From an uncultured delta proteobacterium (lineage in GTDB: Bacteria > Myxococcota > Kuafuiibacteriia > Kuafuiibacteriales > Kuafuiibacteriaceae), in contig CAWDML010000003.1 of NCBI GenBank assembly GCA_963803435.1, forward strand, positions 448,001-512,000: 64,000 nucleotides of DNA. The letters are read 5' to 3'. Positions 9,565 to 18,765 of the stretch are shown in pieces. A program made the position numbers and the translations under genes. The notes under the pieces were generated by a model. The model ran no database searches. It saw only the letters and a program-made list of their open reading frames with translations, and was not told the origin of the DNA. Every line of letters begins with the position of its first letter. Positions within the stretch are counted from its first letter, which is position 1.

Positions 9565-12228
9565 ATGCGGGACTTCGCCCAAACGGTGGCGGCGGCGCAG
9601 GCGCTCGGGACGGACGTGGTGCGGGGCCTGGACGCCGCCCAGGTGGAGAGGAGTCGGATCCAGTACGGCGGGAATCGGCTCGCCGAGGTCGGGACGCGCT
9701 CGATCGCATCGATCTTTTACAATGCGATCACCGACAAGACGCTGCTGATCCTGCTGGGCGCCGCGGTGCTCTCGATCGTGGTCGAGCTCGTGGAGTCGGC
9801 CGTCCACACCGATCATTCACCGCACTACCTGGACGGGATCGCGATCCTCTGTGCGGTGGCGATCGCTTCGCTCGTCACCACGCTGAACGAGGCGCGTGCG
9901 GCCAAGGAGTTCAGGGCGCTCTCGAAGGTCCGCTCCGACGTGGGCGCGAAGGTCCTCCGGGAGGATCACGTGGTGCGGATCTCGACCTTCGATCTGGTGG
10001 TCGGCGACATCGTGTACTTCGACACCGGTGACCGGTTGCCCGCCGACGGCAAGCTTCTCGCCGGCGTGGACGTGCAGGTCGATCAGTCGATGCTCACCGG
10101 TGAGTCGATGCCGGTGAAGAAGACCGAGGCCGATCTCGAGCTTCTCGGCGGGACCATCGTGACCGGGGGACACGGCCGGATGCTGCTCGAATCGGTGGGG
10201 GCGGGGTCGGAGATCGGCAAGCTCCAGCTCACGCTGACCGAGACCGAGGAGGCGCCCACGCCGCTGCAGGACCGGCTGAGCCGGCTGGCCGATCGCATTG
10301 GCTTGTTCGGTCTCCTGGCCGCCGTCCTCACGTTCCTCGCCCTCGCGATCTCCGGCTTCGCCCGGGGGACGCTGCCGATGAGGTTCGCGCTGGGGACGGG
10401 CGCCCAGTTGCTCGAGTTTCTGATCGTCGCGGTGACCATCGTGGTGGTCGCGGTGCCCGAGGGGCTGCCGCTGGCGGTCACCATCAGCCTCGCCTACAGC
10501 GTGCGAAAGATGGCGAAGGCTAAGAACCTGGTCCGCAAGCTGGCGAGCTGCGAGACGATGGGCGCCGCCACCTGCATCTGCACCGACAAGACCGGCACGC
10601 TCACGCGGAACCGCATGAGCGTGGTCGCGGCCCGCGTGGGCGGGATCGACATCGATCAGGGTCCCACTCCGGGAGATCTGTCCGCCGAGGACTTCGAGCT
10701 CTTCGCCGACATCGCCTCCATCGACTCGACCGCGTTCCTGGAGACGCGGGACGGCATGGAGCAGTACGTGGGCAACCCCACCGAGTGTGCGCTCCTCTCG
10801 CTCGTCACCAAGTGGGGCGTCGACTGGCGGCGGCGGCGGTCGGGCGCCGAGATCGTCCACCAGTACGGCTTCACGTCCGACCGCAAGCGGATGTCGACGC
10901 TGGTGCGGCGCGGGCGCGAGCATTTCCTGCTGGTGAAGGGGGCCCCCGAGGTCGTGATTGGGCTCTCGGGTGATGTCGAGCCGTCGCAGCGCGAGGCGCT
11001 GCTCGCGGCCGTGAACGACTACTCGGCCAAGGGACATCGCACGCTGGCGCTCGCGTATCGCCGCCTCCCCGACCAACCCGACGAGTCGTTTGCGCGGCCC
11101 GAGGAGATGGAGCGATCGCTCTCGCTCCTGGCGGTGGTCGCGATCGCCGACCCGATCCGCCCCGAGGTCCGCGGCGCGATCGCGAAGATCCGCGACGCGG
11201 GCGTGGACGTCAAGATCGTCACCGGTGACAACCCGCTGACGGCCCGGACGATCGCGGAGCAGGTCGGGCTGATCGACGCGGATGCGATCGTGATGGAGGG
11301 CGTCGAGTTCCGGGAGAAGACGGACGAGGAGTTGCTGCCGAACCTCGATCACCTGCGGATCCTTGCGCGCACCATCCCCAGCGACAAGCACCGCCTCGTG
11401 AACCTCCTCAAGCGATCGGGTCAGGTGGTGGCGGTGACGGGCGATGGGACGAACGACGCGCCCGCGCTCAAGGCGGCCGACGTCGGCTTCGCGATGGGCC
11501 TCTCCGGGACCGAGGTGGCGAAGGAGGCGAGCGACATCGTGATCCTCGACGACAACTTCGCCTCCATCGTGGTCGGCATTCAGTGGGGTCGATCGATCTT
11601 CGAAAACATCCGCAAGTTCATCCAGTTTCAGCTCACCGTGAACGTGGTGGCGCTGACGACGGCCTTCCTGGCCGCGGTCCTCGGCTTCGGCATCCCGCTC
11701 AACACGGTGCAGCTCCTCTGGGTCAACCTGATCATGGACACGATGGCGGCCCTGGCCCTGGCCACCGAGCCGCCGGGTGAGGAGCTGTTCCACCAGCCGC
11801 CCCACGGACGTCACGCCCCGCTGATCACGCGCAGCATGTGGATCAACATCTTCGTGATGGGTGGCCTGATGATCGCCGTGCTCTTCGCGGTGATGGAGAC
11901 CGACTGGGTCGTCCCGGCCGCCACGCCGCATCCCGCGAAGCTGACCTTCGTGTTCAACACGTTCGTGATGATGCAGGTCTTCAACGAGCTCAACGCACGT
12001 TCCACCCGCTTCGATCGGGGCGTCTTCCGGAACCTGGGCGACAGTCCGCTCTTCCTCGTCGTGGTCATGACCACGGTGGCCGTGCAGGCGGTCATCGTTC
12101 AGTATGGCGGCACGTTCTTCCGGACGGTCCCCCTCGACCCGGACCTCTGGATGCGATCGTTGATCATCGGCGTCTCGATCCTGGGAGTGGGGGCGGCGCT
12201 CAGGGCGGGCGGCCGGGTGCTGCTGTGA
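9565..12228 (+). CDS. calcium-translocating P-type ATPase, PMCA-like
   Basis: TGES, VAVPEGLPLAVT, DKTGTLT, KGAPE, TGDN, GDGTNDAPAL, QLLWVNLIMDT. Confidence 0.95.
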   Translation: MRDFAQTVAAAQALGTDVVRGLDAAQVERSRIQYGGNRLAEVGTRSIASIFYNAITDKTLLILLGAAVLSIVVELVESAVHTDHSPHYLDGIAILCAVAIASLVTTLNEARAAKEFRALSKVRSDVGAKVLREDHVVRISTFDLVVGDIVYFDTGDRLPADGKLLAGVDVQVDQSMLTGESMPVKKTEADLELLGGTIVTGGHGRMLLESVGAGSEIGKLQLTLTETEEAPTPLQDRLSRLADRIGLFGLLAAVLTFLALAISGFARGTLPMRFALGTGAQLLEFLIVAVTIVVVAVPEGLPLAVTISLAYSVRKMAKAKNLVRKLASCETMGAATCICTDKTGTLTRNRMSVVAARVGGIDIDQGPTPGDLSAEDFELFADIASIDSTAFLETRDGMEQYVGNPTECALLSLVTKWGVDWRRRRSGAEIVHQYGFTSDRKRMSTLVRRGREHFLLVKGAPEVVIGLSGDVEPSQREALLAAVNDYSAKGHRTLALAYRRLPDQPDESFARPEEMERSLSLLAVVAIADPIRPEVRGAIAKIRDAGVDVKIVTGDNPLTARTIAEQVGLIDADAIVMEGVEFREKTDEELLPNLDHLRILARTIPSDKHRLVNLLKRSGQVVAVTGDGTNDAPALKAADVGFAMGLSGTEVAKEASDIVILDDNFASIVVGIQWGRSIFENIRKFIQFQLTVNVVALTTAFLAAVLGFGIPLNTVQLLWVNLIMDTMAALALATEPPGEELFHQPPHGRHAPLITRSMWINIFVMGGLMIAVLFAVMETDWVVPAATPHPAKLTFVFNTFVMMQVFNELNARSTRFDRGVFRNLGDSPLFLVVVMTTVAVQAVIVQYGGTFFRTVPLDPDLWMRSLIIGVSILGVGAALRAGGRVLL

Positions 12229-12291
12229 ACGGCGCGCCTCACCCAACCTACGGTGGCGGAGCAGCGCGTCACGGGTGACAATCATCGTCGA

Positions 12292-14223
12292 ATGCGCTGG
12301 CGGCGCACGCTCCTCGTCCCCGTCGTGATCGGGCTCGCCGGCTGCTTCGAGGAGCCGGACTACTCGGGACTGGCCTGCAGCATCGACGCCCCTTGTCCGG
12401 CCGGCTTTGTCTGCAGCGATCAAAAGGTTTGCGTCCGGCCGATCGTCTTGAACGACGCCGACGCCGGCGGCTCGCCCGAGGATGGATCGCTCGACGGTGA
12501 GTGCCGGGTGGCCAGCGATTGCACCAACCCCGGGGCCTGCCAGATGGTCGACGCTCGTGTCTCCTGCGTGGACGGTGAGTGTCACTATCCCGCGATCGTG
12601 TGCGACTCACCGCCCCCGAACGAGTGCTTCGACAACGACACGAAGTACCGCAGCTATTCGGGCGTGGGAAGGTGCGAGGCGTCGACGGGCGCCTGCACGT
12701 ACGCGGAGGTCGACGTCGATTGCCTCGACTGCAGCGCCTCGTGCCTCCTCAAGTGTGCCGGGCTCGTGTGCAACGAGAGCAACGGCGGCTGCCGGAGCGA
12801 GGGGCACTGCGTCCCCGAAGATCCGCCGAGCTGCGCCTACCAGGAGGCCCCCGACTCCACACCCTGCGATCTCGGCGGCGCCGGCGGGGGAGGAACGGAC
12901 GGCTTCTGCAAGTCGGGGGACTGCGTCGAGTGCGTCGAGGACGCGCACTGCGACGATCTCAACGACTGCACCGAGGACCACTGTTTGACCGAGACCTCGA
13001 CCTGCACCCACGCGCCGCTCTCCGGCACCTGCGACGATGGGAACGCCTGCACGACGATCGACACGTGCGTCGACGGCGGCTGCATCGGCGGCGAGCCGGT
13101 CGTCTGCGATCCGCCGCCCGGGCAGTGCTACGACTCACCGGGCGAGTGCGATCCCGCCGACGGCGCGTGCGTCTTCACGCCGAGCGCGCCCGGCTCGACC
13201 TGCGACGATGAGAACGTCTGCACCGTCAACGACGGCTGCCTCGACGGCGACTGCGTCGGTGGGAGCCCCCTCGACTGCGACGATCACGAGGCCTGCACCG
13301 ACGACGGCTGCGATCCGCTCAGCGGTTGCACACATACTGACAACGACGATCCCTGCAGCGACGGCAACCTCTGTACCGTCAACGACGTCTGCAGCGGCGG
13401 TGCGTGCGCTCCCGGCGCGCCGCTCGACTGCAACGACGGTAACCCGTGCACCGCTGACGCGTGCGATCCGGCCACGGGATGCACGCATACGCAGGTCCCC
13501 GACGGGACGACCTGCATGTTCGCGGGCGGGATGAGCGGCTCATGCTCCCAGGGGACGTGCGTCGGCTGCACCGACGCGGCTGACTGCGACGACGGCAACC
13601 CGTGCACGACGGAGGCCTGTACCAACCAGATGTGCACGTACGCCAACAACACGAACACCTGCAACGACGGCAACGCCTGCACGTATGGTGACGCCTGCTC
13701 GGCCGGCCGGTGCTCGGGCACCGCGATCACCTGTACCAGCAATGCGTGTGTCACCCGGACCTGCAACGGGACGGCTTCGTGCGCCCAGACGTTCCACAAC
13801 GGCGCCAGCTGCGCGGACGATGGCAACGCCTGCACCACCGACACCTGCAACGCCAGCGGCACCTGCACGCATCCGACCCGCGCCAACGGCGCATCCTGCG
13901 GCGGCAACCCGGCGAACCGCTGCTGCGGCGGGAGCTGTGTCAACCTCTCCACCAACCGGTCGCACTGCGGCGGCTGCGGCACCGCCTGCGATCCCGGCTT
14001 TGCCTGCGAGTCGATCGCGACCACCAACTCGTGCTCGAACCACAACGCCAACGTGAGCGGTCGTTGCCGCTGTAACGGCGCCAACGCGCAGTGCCCCCGC
14101 GGTCAGCTCTGCCGGACGGTCTCGCCGTACACGAACCGCTGCACGCCGGCGTCGGTCTCGAACTGTGCTTCGGGGCAGAACGACGTGATGCTGAACAGCT
14201 GCCCCGACTTCTGCCGCTACTGA
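12292..14223 (+). CDS. cysteine-rich repeat lipoprotein with STIG1-like C-terminal motif
   Basis: Lipobox GLAGC; many CDDGN.CT.D.C repeats; CCGGSCVNLSTNRSHCGGCG.AC. Confidence 0.85.
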   Translation: MRWRRTLLVPVVIGLAGCFEEPDYSGLACSIDAPCPAGFVCSDQKVCVRPIVLNDADAGGSPEDGSLDGECRVASDCTNPGACQMVDARVSCVDGECHYPAIVCDSPPPNECFDNDTKYRSYSGVGRCEASTGACTYAEVDVDCLDCSASCLLKCAGLVCNESNGGCRSEGHCVPEDPPSCAYQEAPDSTPCDLGGAGGGGTDGFCKSGDCVECVEDAHCDDLNDCTEDHCLTETSTCTHAPLSGTCDDGNACTTIDTCVDGGCIGGEPVVCDPPPGQCYDSPGECDPADGACVFTPSAPGSTCDDENVCTVNDGCLDGDCVGGSPLDCDDHEACTDDGCDPLSGCTHTDNDDPCSDGNLCTVNDVCSGGACAPGAPLDCNDGNPCTADACDPATGCTHTQVPDGTTCMFAGGMSGSCSQGTCVGCTDAADCDDGNPCTTEACTNQMCTYANNTNTCNDGNACTYGDACSAGRCSGTAITCTSNACVTRTCNGTASCAQTFHNGASCADDGNACTTDTCNASGTCTHPTRANGASCGGNPANRCCGGSCVNLSTNRSHCGGCGTACDPGFACESIATTNSCSNHNANVSGRCRCNGANAQCPRGQLCRTVSPYTNRCTPASVSNCASGQNDVMLNSCPDFCRY

Positions 14224-14951
14224 GGTGGATTCGGCTCGACGGTGAAGATCACCAGCGAGTGCGGATCGAGCGCCGTCCAGGATCCGCTGAACAAGGGCTC
14301 GGAAGCGACCACGCGACCGGTCGCGGGCACTGGAGACTCCTCGTTCGCCACGATCGTGTAGAGCGCCGGCGGGGTCCCCTGGGTGGCGGTGCGCAGCGTG
14401 ATGAGGCAGGTCCCGTCGGTGACCAGGCAGCCGAACGCGGCCGGCGCGTCGTGGCGGTGCGCGATCTCCTGGAGCGTCGACACCATTCGCTCGAGGGCGT
14501 TGGCCATCGCGTCGGGCCCGCGCTCACCCTCGAGCGCGTCGAGCCAGGTGGCAAAGAGCAGCTCCGAAGGCTCGCTGGTCTTGACCAGCGGGTGGACCGT
14601 GTCGGAGAGCCGCTCCCGGAGAATGCGGGCGTAGACCTCCTCGAACCGCTCGATCTCACCGTCGTGCGCGAAGAGGAGCTGCTCGAAGCGGTAGGGCTGA
14701 CCGGCCCCGATCGAGGCCACCACACACTCCGCCGGATACCGACGCGTCACCTCGAATACGGGGCGCTCGTTGATCAGCGGTTGGACGCCCCGCATGACCA
14801 GCGGGGCGTCCTGGTCGTCGTCGATCGGGTACCAGGCGACGCCGTGACCTGCAGGAAACGCCGCCGACTGGAGGGACAGAGAGGTCGATCCGGCCTCGAT
14901 CACCTGTGCGATCTTGGTCGCCGGACCGAGGTACGCGGCCAGTCTAGGCAT
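14217..14951 (-). CDS. class II glutamine amidotransferase / EgtC-like Ntn-fold protein, degenerate active site
   Basis: MPRLAAYLG (family consensus MCRL.AY.G), GHGVAWY, LFAHDG, VVASEPL. Confidence 0.8.
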   Translation of the reverse strand: MPRLAAYLGPATKIAQVIEAGSTSLSLQSAAFPAGHGVAWYPIDDDQDAPLVMRGVQPLINERPVFEVTRRYPAECVVASIGAGQPYRFEQLLFAHDGEIERFEEVYARILRERLSDTVHPLVKTSEPSELLFATWLDALEGERGPDAMANALERMVSTLQEIAHRHDAPAAFGCLVTDGTCLITLRTATQGTPPALYTIVANEESPVPATGRVVASEPLFSGSWTALDPHSLVIFTVEPNPPQ

Positions 14952-14996
14952 GGGTCGCTCATACCCAATACCCAAACTCGGGTCGAGCGCGTCGGC

Positions 14997-16382
14997 TCAG
15001 CGGAGCAGCAGATGGGTCGCGGTGCCCGACATGGGGAGGAGGGCGTAGAGGTCATCGCCGGAGATCTGGAGCGATCCTACGCCGGCGAGATCGACGCGAC
15101 GCTGGACCTGCGGCCGCCACCGGGCGCGATCCAGGACGGCCAGCCCGCCCCTATCACCACTGAACACCACGCGATCGCGAGTGGCGTCGTAGGCGGCGTC
15201 GACGATGTCACCGATGTCGGGGATGCCGGTGCGCCGGATCGTGCCGCCGAGCGGATCGATCTCGAACCAACAGTGCTTCGCGGTCGAGCGCTCCGAGCAC
15301 TCCGCGAGGAGACCGATCGTGTCGTCGTCGACGGTGAAGAGGGCGCGCACGGGCGTATTGACCGACGGGGCACCCGCGCCGGCCGCCAGCGTCGAGGTGA
15401 GCACGGCCAGGTGTCCACTGGCGGGCGCGGCCAGGAAGGCGCGGTCGCTGTCGCCGCCTGGGAGGTCGACGATCGAGAGGAGCCGCGGCATGGTCGCCTC
15501 TGCGTCGACCGTCGCCAGGCTGCCGGCGCGGCGGATCGAGACGGTCATCATGTCTCCGTCGACCGTCCCCGCGACCACCCCCCGCGTCGAGCACTCGAGC
15601 AGCTCGATCCGTGACCCGAGGTCCACGGTCTCCACGATCGTACGCGCGACCGTATCGATCCGCAGGAGCTTGGAGCCGTCGGAGACGTACGCGGTGGCTT
15701 CGTCCGGCGCCAGCGCCAGGTGCTGGGCGTCGGTGACGCTCCCGAGCATCGAGCTGGTGCCGCCCAGCGGGTGGACCACGATCGCGTTGCGCGTGATCGC
15801 CCAAAGCTCGCGCTTGGCGGCCAGCAGCGCGAAGTCGCCCAGCGGACCCGACGCGATCATCTCGGTGCCTGCGGTGGTCGCGAACGGATCCGGCGTCACC
15901 TCGCGCTCGATCTCTGCGCCCACGTGGATGGTGTCCGTGACGTTGTCGCAGGCCGTGAGATGGCAATCGAGACGCGCCCAGTCGAGGTCGATCAACCGGC
16001 CGTTGCAGCACTTGGGCGGCCGGCCCACCACCGTCCCGTTGCCCTCGTAGATCTGAAACTCCAGCTGGTCCTTCATCATCGCGCTGTCGATCGCGCCGAC
16101 CCACTGCCGCGGGTTCGGGCTAGGGTCGGTGCAATCGCGGTAGATCCCGAGCACGCACTCGTCCTGCTCGAGGAAGACGCGGCACGAGGTCCCGAGATCG
16201 AGGTCGGCGAGAATGAACCAGTCCTGCGCGAACGTGGTGTACGGCGGCAGGCAGCTGTTCGCGACCGGCAGCGGTGGGCCCACCACGTCGCGCGGGGGGA
16301 TCGTCGGCGGCGGCGGGCTCGAGCACGCGAGCAGCGCGAGGCCGGCGAGGCATTCGAGCCTGCGGAGCGTGCCCGACTCCAT
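14997..16382 (-). CDS. putative lipoprotein with beta-propeller-like C-terminal region
   Basis: Lipobox LALLAC, Cys-rich N-domain, YncE-like repeats; joined to pspA in the ORF track only because of a frameshift. Confidence 0.7.
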   Translation of the reverse strand: MESGTLRRLECLAGLALLACSSPPPPTIPPRDVVGPPLPVANSCLPPYTTFAQDWFILADLDLGTSCRVFLEQDECVLGIYRDCTDPSPNPRQWVGAIDSAMMKDQLEFQIYEGNGTVVGRPPKCCNGRLIDLDWARLDCHLTACDNVTDTIHVGAEIEREVTPDPFATTAGTEMIASGPLGDFALLAAKRELWAITRNAIVVHPLGGTSSMLGSVTDAQHLALAPDEATAYVSDGSKLLRIDTVARTIVETVDLGSRIELLECSTRGVVAGTVDGDMMTVSIRRAGSLATVDAEATMPRLLSIVDLPGGDSDRAFLAAPASGHLAVLTSTLAAGAGAPSVNTPVRALFTVDDDTIGLLAECSERSTAKHCWFEIDPLGGTIRRTGIPDIGDIVDAAYDATRDRVVFSGDRGGLAVLDRARWRPQVQRRVDLAGVGSLQISGDDLYALLPMSGTATHLLLR

Positions 16383-16396
16383 GCGAGGGGAGAGTA

Positions 16397-17237
16397 TCAG
16401 GGCTCTTCGGTGACGAGGGAGAGCTCGGGATCGGTCTTTCGGGCGTCGGGGGGCTTTCGGGCGGCGCGCTCGCGCTCGGCGGCGTCCTCGATCTCGTCGT
16501 CGCCACTGGGGAGCGCCTTGGGCTCGGATCCGCGGTCGGATCCGCGCTCGAGCATGCCCATGTCCCGCATCTTCCCTTTCAGCTCGGCCAGGTCGTCTCC
16601 GAGAATCACCCGCATCCAGGAGGCGGATCTCCTCGGAGAGATCCCGGTCATGGGAGCCGCTCGAGAGGGAGGCGACCTCCCAGGTGGCCTCGGCCTCGGC
16701 CTCGGCCCGCTCGATCTTGGCCTCGAGCTTCTCGAGTCGCTCGAAGGCGCTGCTCTCGCCGGCCGCCGCCAGCGTCGCCGCCACGTGGCGCTGGGCCTCC
16801 GCGCGCTTGGCGCGGGCCAGCAGGATCTGGCGCTTTCGCTTGGTCTCGTCGAGCTTCGAGGTCAGCTCGGTCAGCGCCTTCTTGAGCTCGTCGACCGCGG
16901 CGCGCTGGGAGTCCAGCTGCTCCTCGAACTGCATCGCGGCCTTGCTGTGCTCCTTCTTCTTCGCGAGCGCCTCGACCGCGAGATCGTCTCGCGCCGCCCG
17001 CACCGCGGACATCGCCTTCTTCTCCCAGTCGGTGGACTTGGCCAGCTGGGCCTCGTGATGTTTCTGGAGCCGCTTCTCATCGGCGATCGACATCGCGACC
17101 CGGCTCTTGGCCTCGATGATTTGCTTCTGCATCTCCTCGATGGCCGCGTTCAGCAACTTCTCCGGATCTTCGGCGCGCGAGATCAGGTCGTTGATGTTGG
17201 ACCGGAGCAAGTCACTGATGCGCTGAAAGAGACCCAT
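16397..17237 (-). CDS. pspA: PspA/IM30 family protein, frameshifted near 16604
   Basis: MGLFQRISDLLRSNINDLISRAEDPEKLL coiled coil; C-terminal DDLAELKGKM in the second frame. Confidence 0.9.
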
Positions 17238-17257
17238 GTCTGTTTTTCGCCCTCCCC

Positions 17258-17266
17258 ATTCTAGCA
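17258..17266 (-). promoter_or_regulatory. extended -10 element upstream of pspA
   Basis: TGCTAGAAT on the minus strand, followed by SD-like GGGGAGGG before the ATG. Confidence 0.5.
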
Positions 17267-17409
17267 TCCGAATGCCTCCCCAGGGCTCCACCGGTGACAA
17301 CACCGAGGCAAGACGCGCTGTTCCGACGGAAAAGTGGCCATTCATAGCCCAATCCGAGATGGTCCTCACATTGAGAAACCGCTGGTTTTCTTGTCATGTT
17401 GCACCCGTG

Positions 17410-18762
17410 ATGCGGGCCGGATTGGCCGCTGTCGTGCTCTGTCTCCTGCCGAGACCGGCCGGCGCCGAGGGTGCACAGAAGACCGCGAGCATCGTGGAGT
17501 ACCTCCGGACACGGGAGGATCTGACCCGCTCGGAGCGGGCGCGCTGGACCGGCGCGGCGAGAAAGCGCTTCGGCGGTGCTGCGCTCGACGACGACGTCGA
17601 CACCAAGCCCGAGATCCAGGTCGCCAAGGAGATCCTCTCCGCGGCGATCTTCATGCGCGCCAAACCCGACGATGGGGCGAGGGCGGCCTGGGAGGGATGG
17701 CGGGGCGCGCTCGGGTTCGTCCCGCCGCCGATCGCCGTCCACTACCAGATCCTCGCGCTCGAGGGTCGAAAGCCCCGGGGTCGTCCCATCGATCTCGCCT
17801 TCCACTTCCCAGACTACTACGTCGAGGAGATCGCGCCCGATCTGGTCGCGTACTGGGAGGAGGCGCTCGAGAAGGGCAAGATCCCCGACGCCGCGCTCCG
17901 TGAGACCCAGGAGGCGCTCGAGGCCACGCGCATCAAGATGCGCCCGCTGCTCCTCGACAAGCTGCGCCTCCTGGCCCGGCTCTCCCGCGACCAGCGCATC
18001 GAGACCGGCGGCCGCAAGGCCGAAATCGAGCGGGACATGGGCGCGATCGAGGCGGAGCTGCGGAAGGCGTTCACGCGAGTGGCGCGCCGCCCCGAGGTCC
18101 TCGATCCCAAGAAGCGCCCGTTCGATCGCCTCCGCATCCAGGTCGAGGACATGGGGCTGACCCTCACCGAGGAGGACCGTTTCCTCGATCCGGACGCCCC
18201 GCCGCCGCCCAAGCGCCCCGTGCCCAAGGTCGAGGAGCCGCCGCCGGTGGCCGAGCGCCCCGAGGTCGAGCCCGCCGAGCCGCCGATGCCGCCGCTCCCG
18301 GACCAGCGCCGGGCCGGCAATCCCACGCCCGCCGAGGATCCGCTCCACGGGCGGTCCTTGGTGGACCTGGTCAGCGCGTACGGCCGGCGCCTGCGCGCGC
18401 TGGTGGAAGGCTGGCTGGGGACGCCGTATCGATTTGGGAGCGATCGGCCCCGCGAAGGCACGGATTGCTCCGGATTCACGCAGCGAGTCTTCAGGGAGGG
18501 GTTCAGTCTCGACCTCCCGCGCGTCAGCGTCGACCAGTTTCGGGTGGGGGCCTCGGTCCGTCTCGACGACCTGCGTCCGGGCGATCTCGTCTTCTTCGAC
18601 GTGTACGACGTCGGCCGGGTCAGCCATGTGGGAATCTACGCAGGAGAGGGGAAGTTTGCGCACGCGAGCACGAGCCGTGGCGTAGTCTACGACGAGCTTC
18701 GTTCGCGATACTTCCGTCGCGCCTATCGAGGCGCGCGCCGAGTGCTCGCCTATCCGAGGTGA
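17410..18762 (+). CDS. secreted NlpC/P60 (C40) peptidase with large N-terminal domain
   Basis: Signal peptide; GTPYRFG, DCSGF, PGDLVFF, HVGIY, HAS; Pro-rich linker. Confidence 0.92.
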   Translation: MRAGLAAVVLCLLPRPAGAEGAQKTASIVEYLRTREDLTRSERARWTGAARKRFGGAALDDDVDTKPEIQVAKEILSAAIFMRAKPDDGARAAWEGWRGALGFVPPPIAVHYQILALEGRKPRGRPIDLAFHFPDYYVEEIAPDLVAYWEEALEKGKIPDAALRETQEALEATRIKMRPLLLDKLRLLARLSRDQRIETGGRKAEIERDMGAIEAELRKAFTRVARRPEVLDPKKRPFDRLRIQVEDMGLTLTEEDRFLDPDAPPPPKRPVPKVEEPPPVAERPEVEPAEPPMPPLPDQRRAGNPTPAEDPLHGRSLVDLVSAYGRRLRALVEGWLGTPYRFGSDRPREGTDCSGFTQRVFREGFSLDLPRVSVDQFRVGASVRLDDLRPGDLVFFDVYDVGRVSHVGIYAGEGKFAHASTSRGVVYDELRSRYFRRAYRGARRVLAYPR

Positions 18763-18765
18763 GGT

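Noticed and set aside
14997-17369. 790-aa PspA-lipoprotein fusion in the ORF track
   Set aside because: Created by the one-base insertion near 16604; the downstream gene has its own start and lipobox
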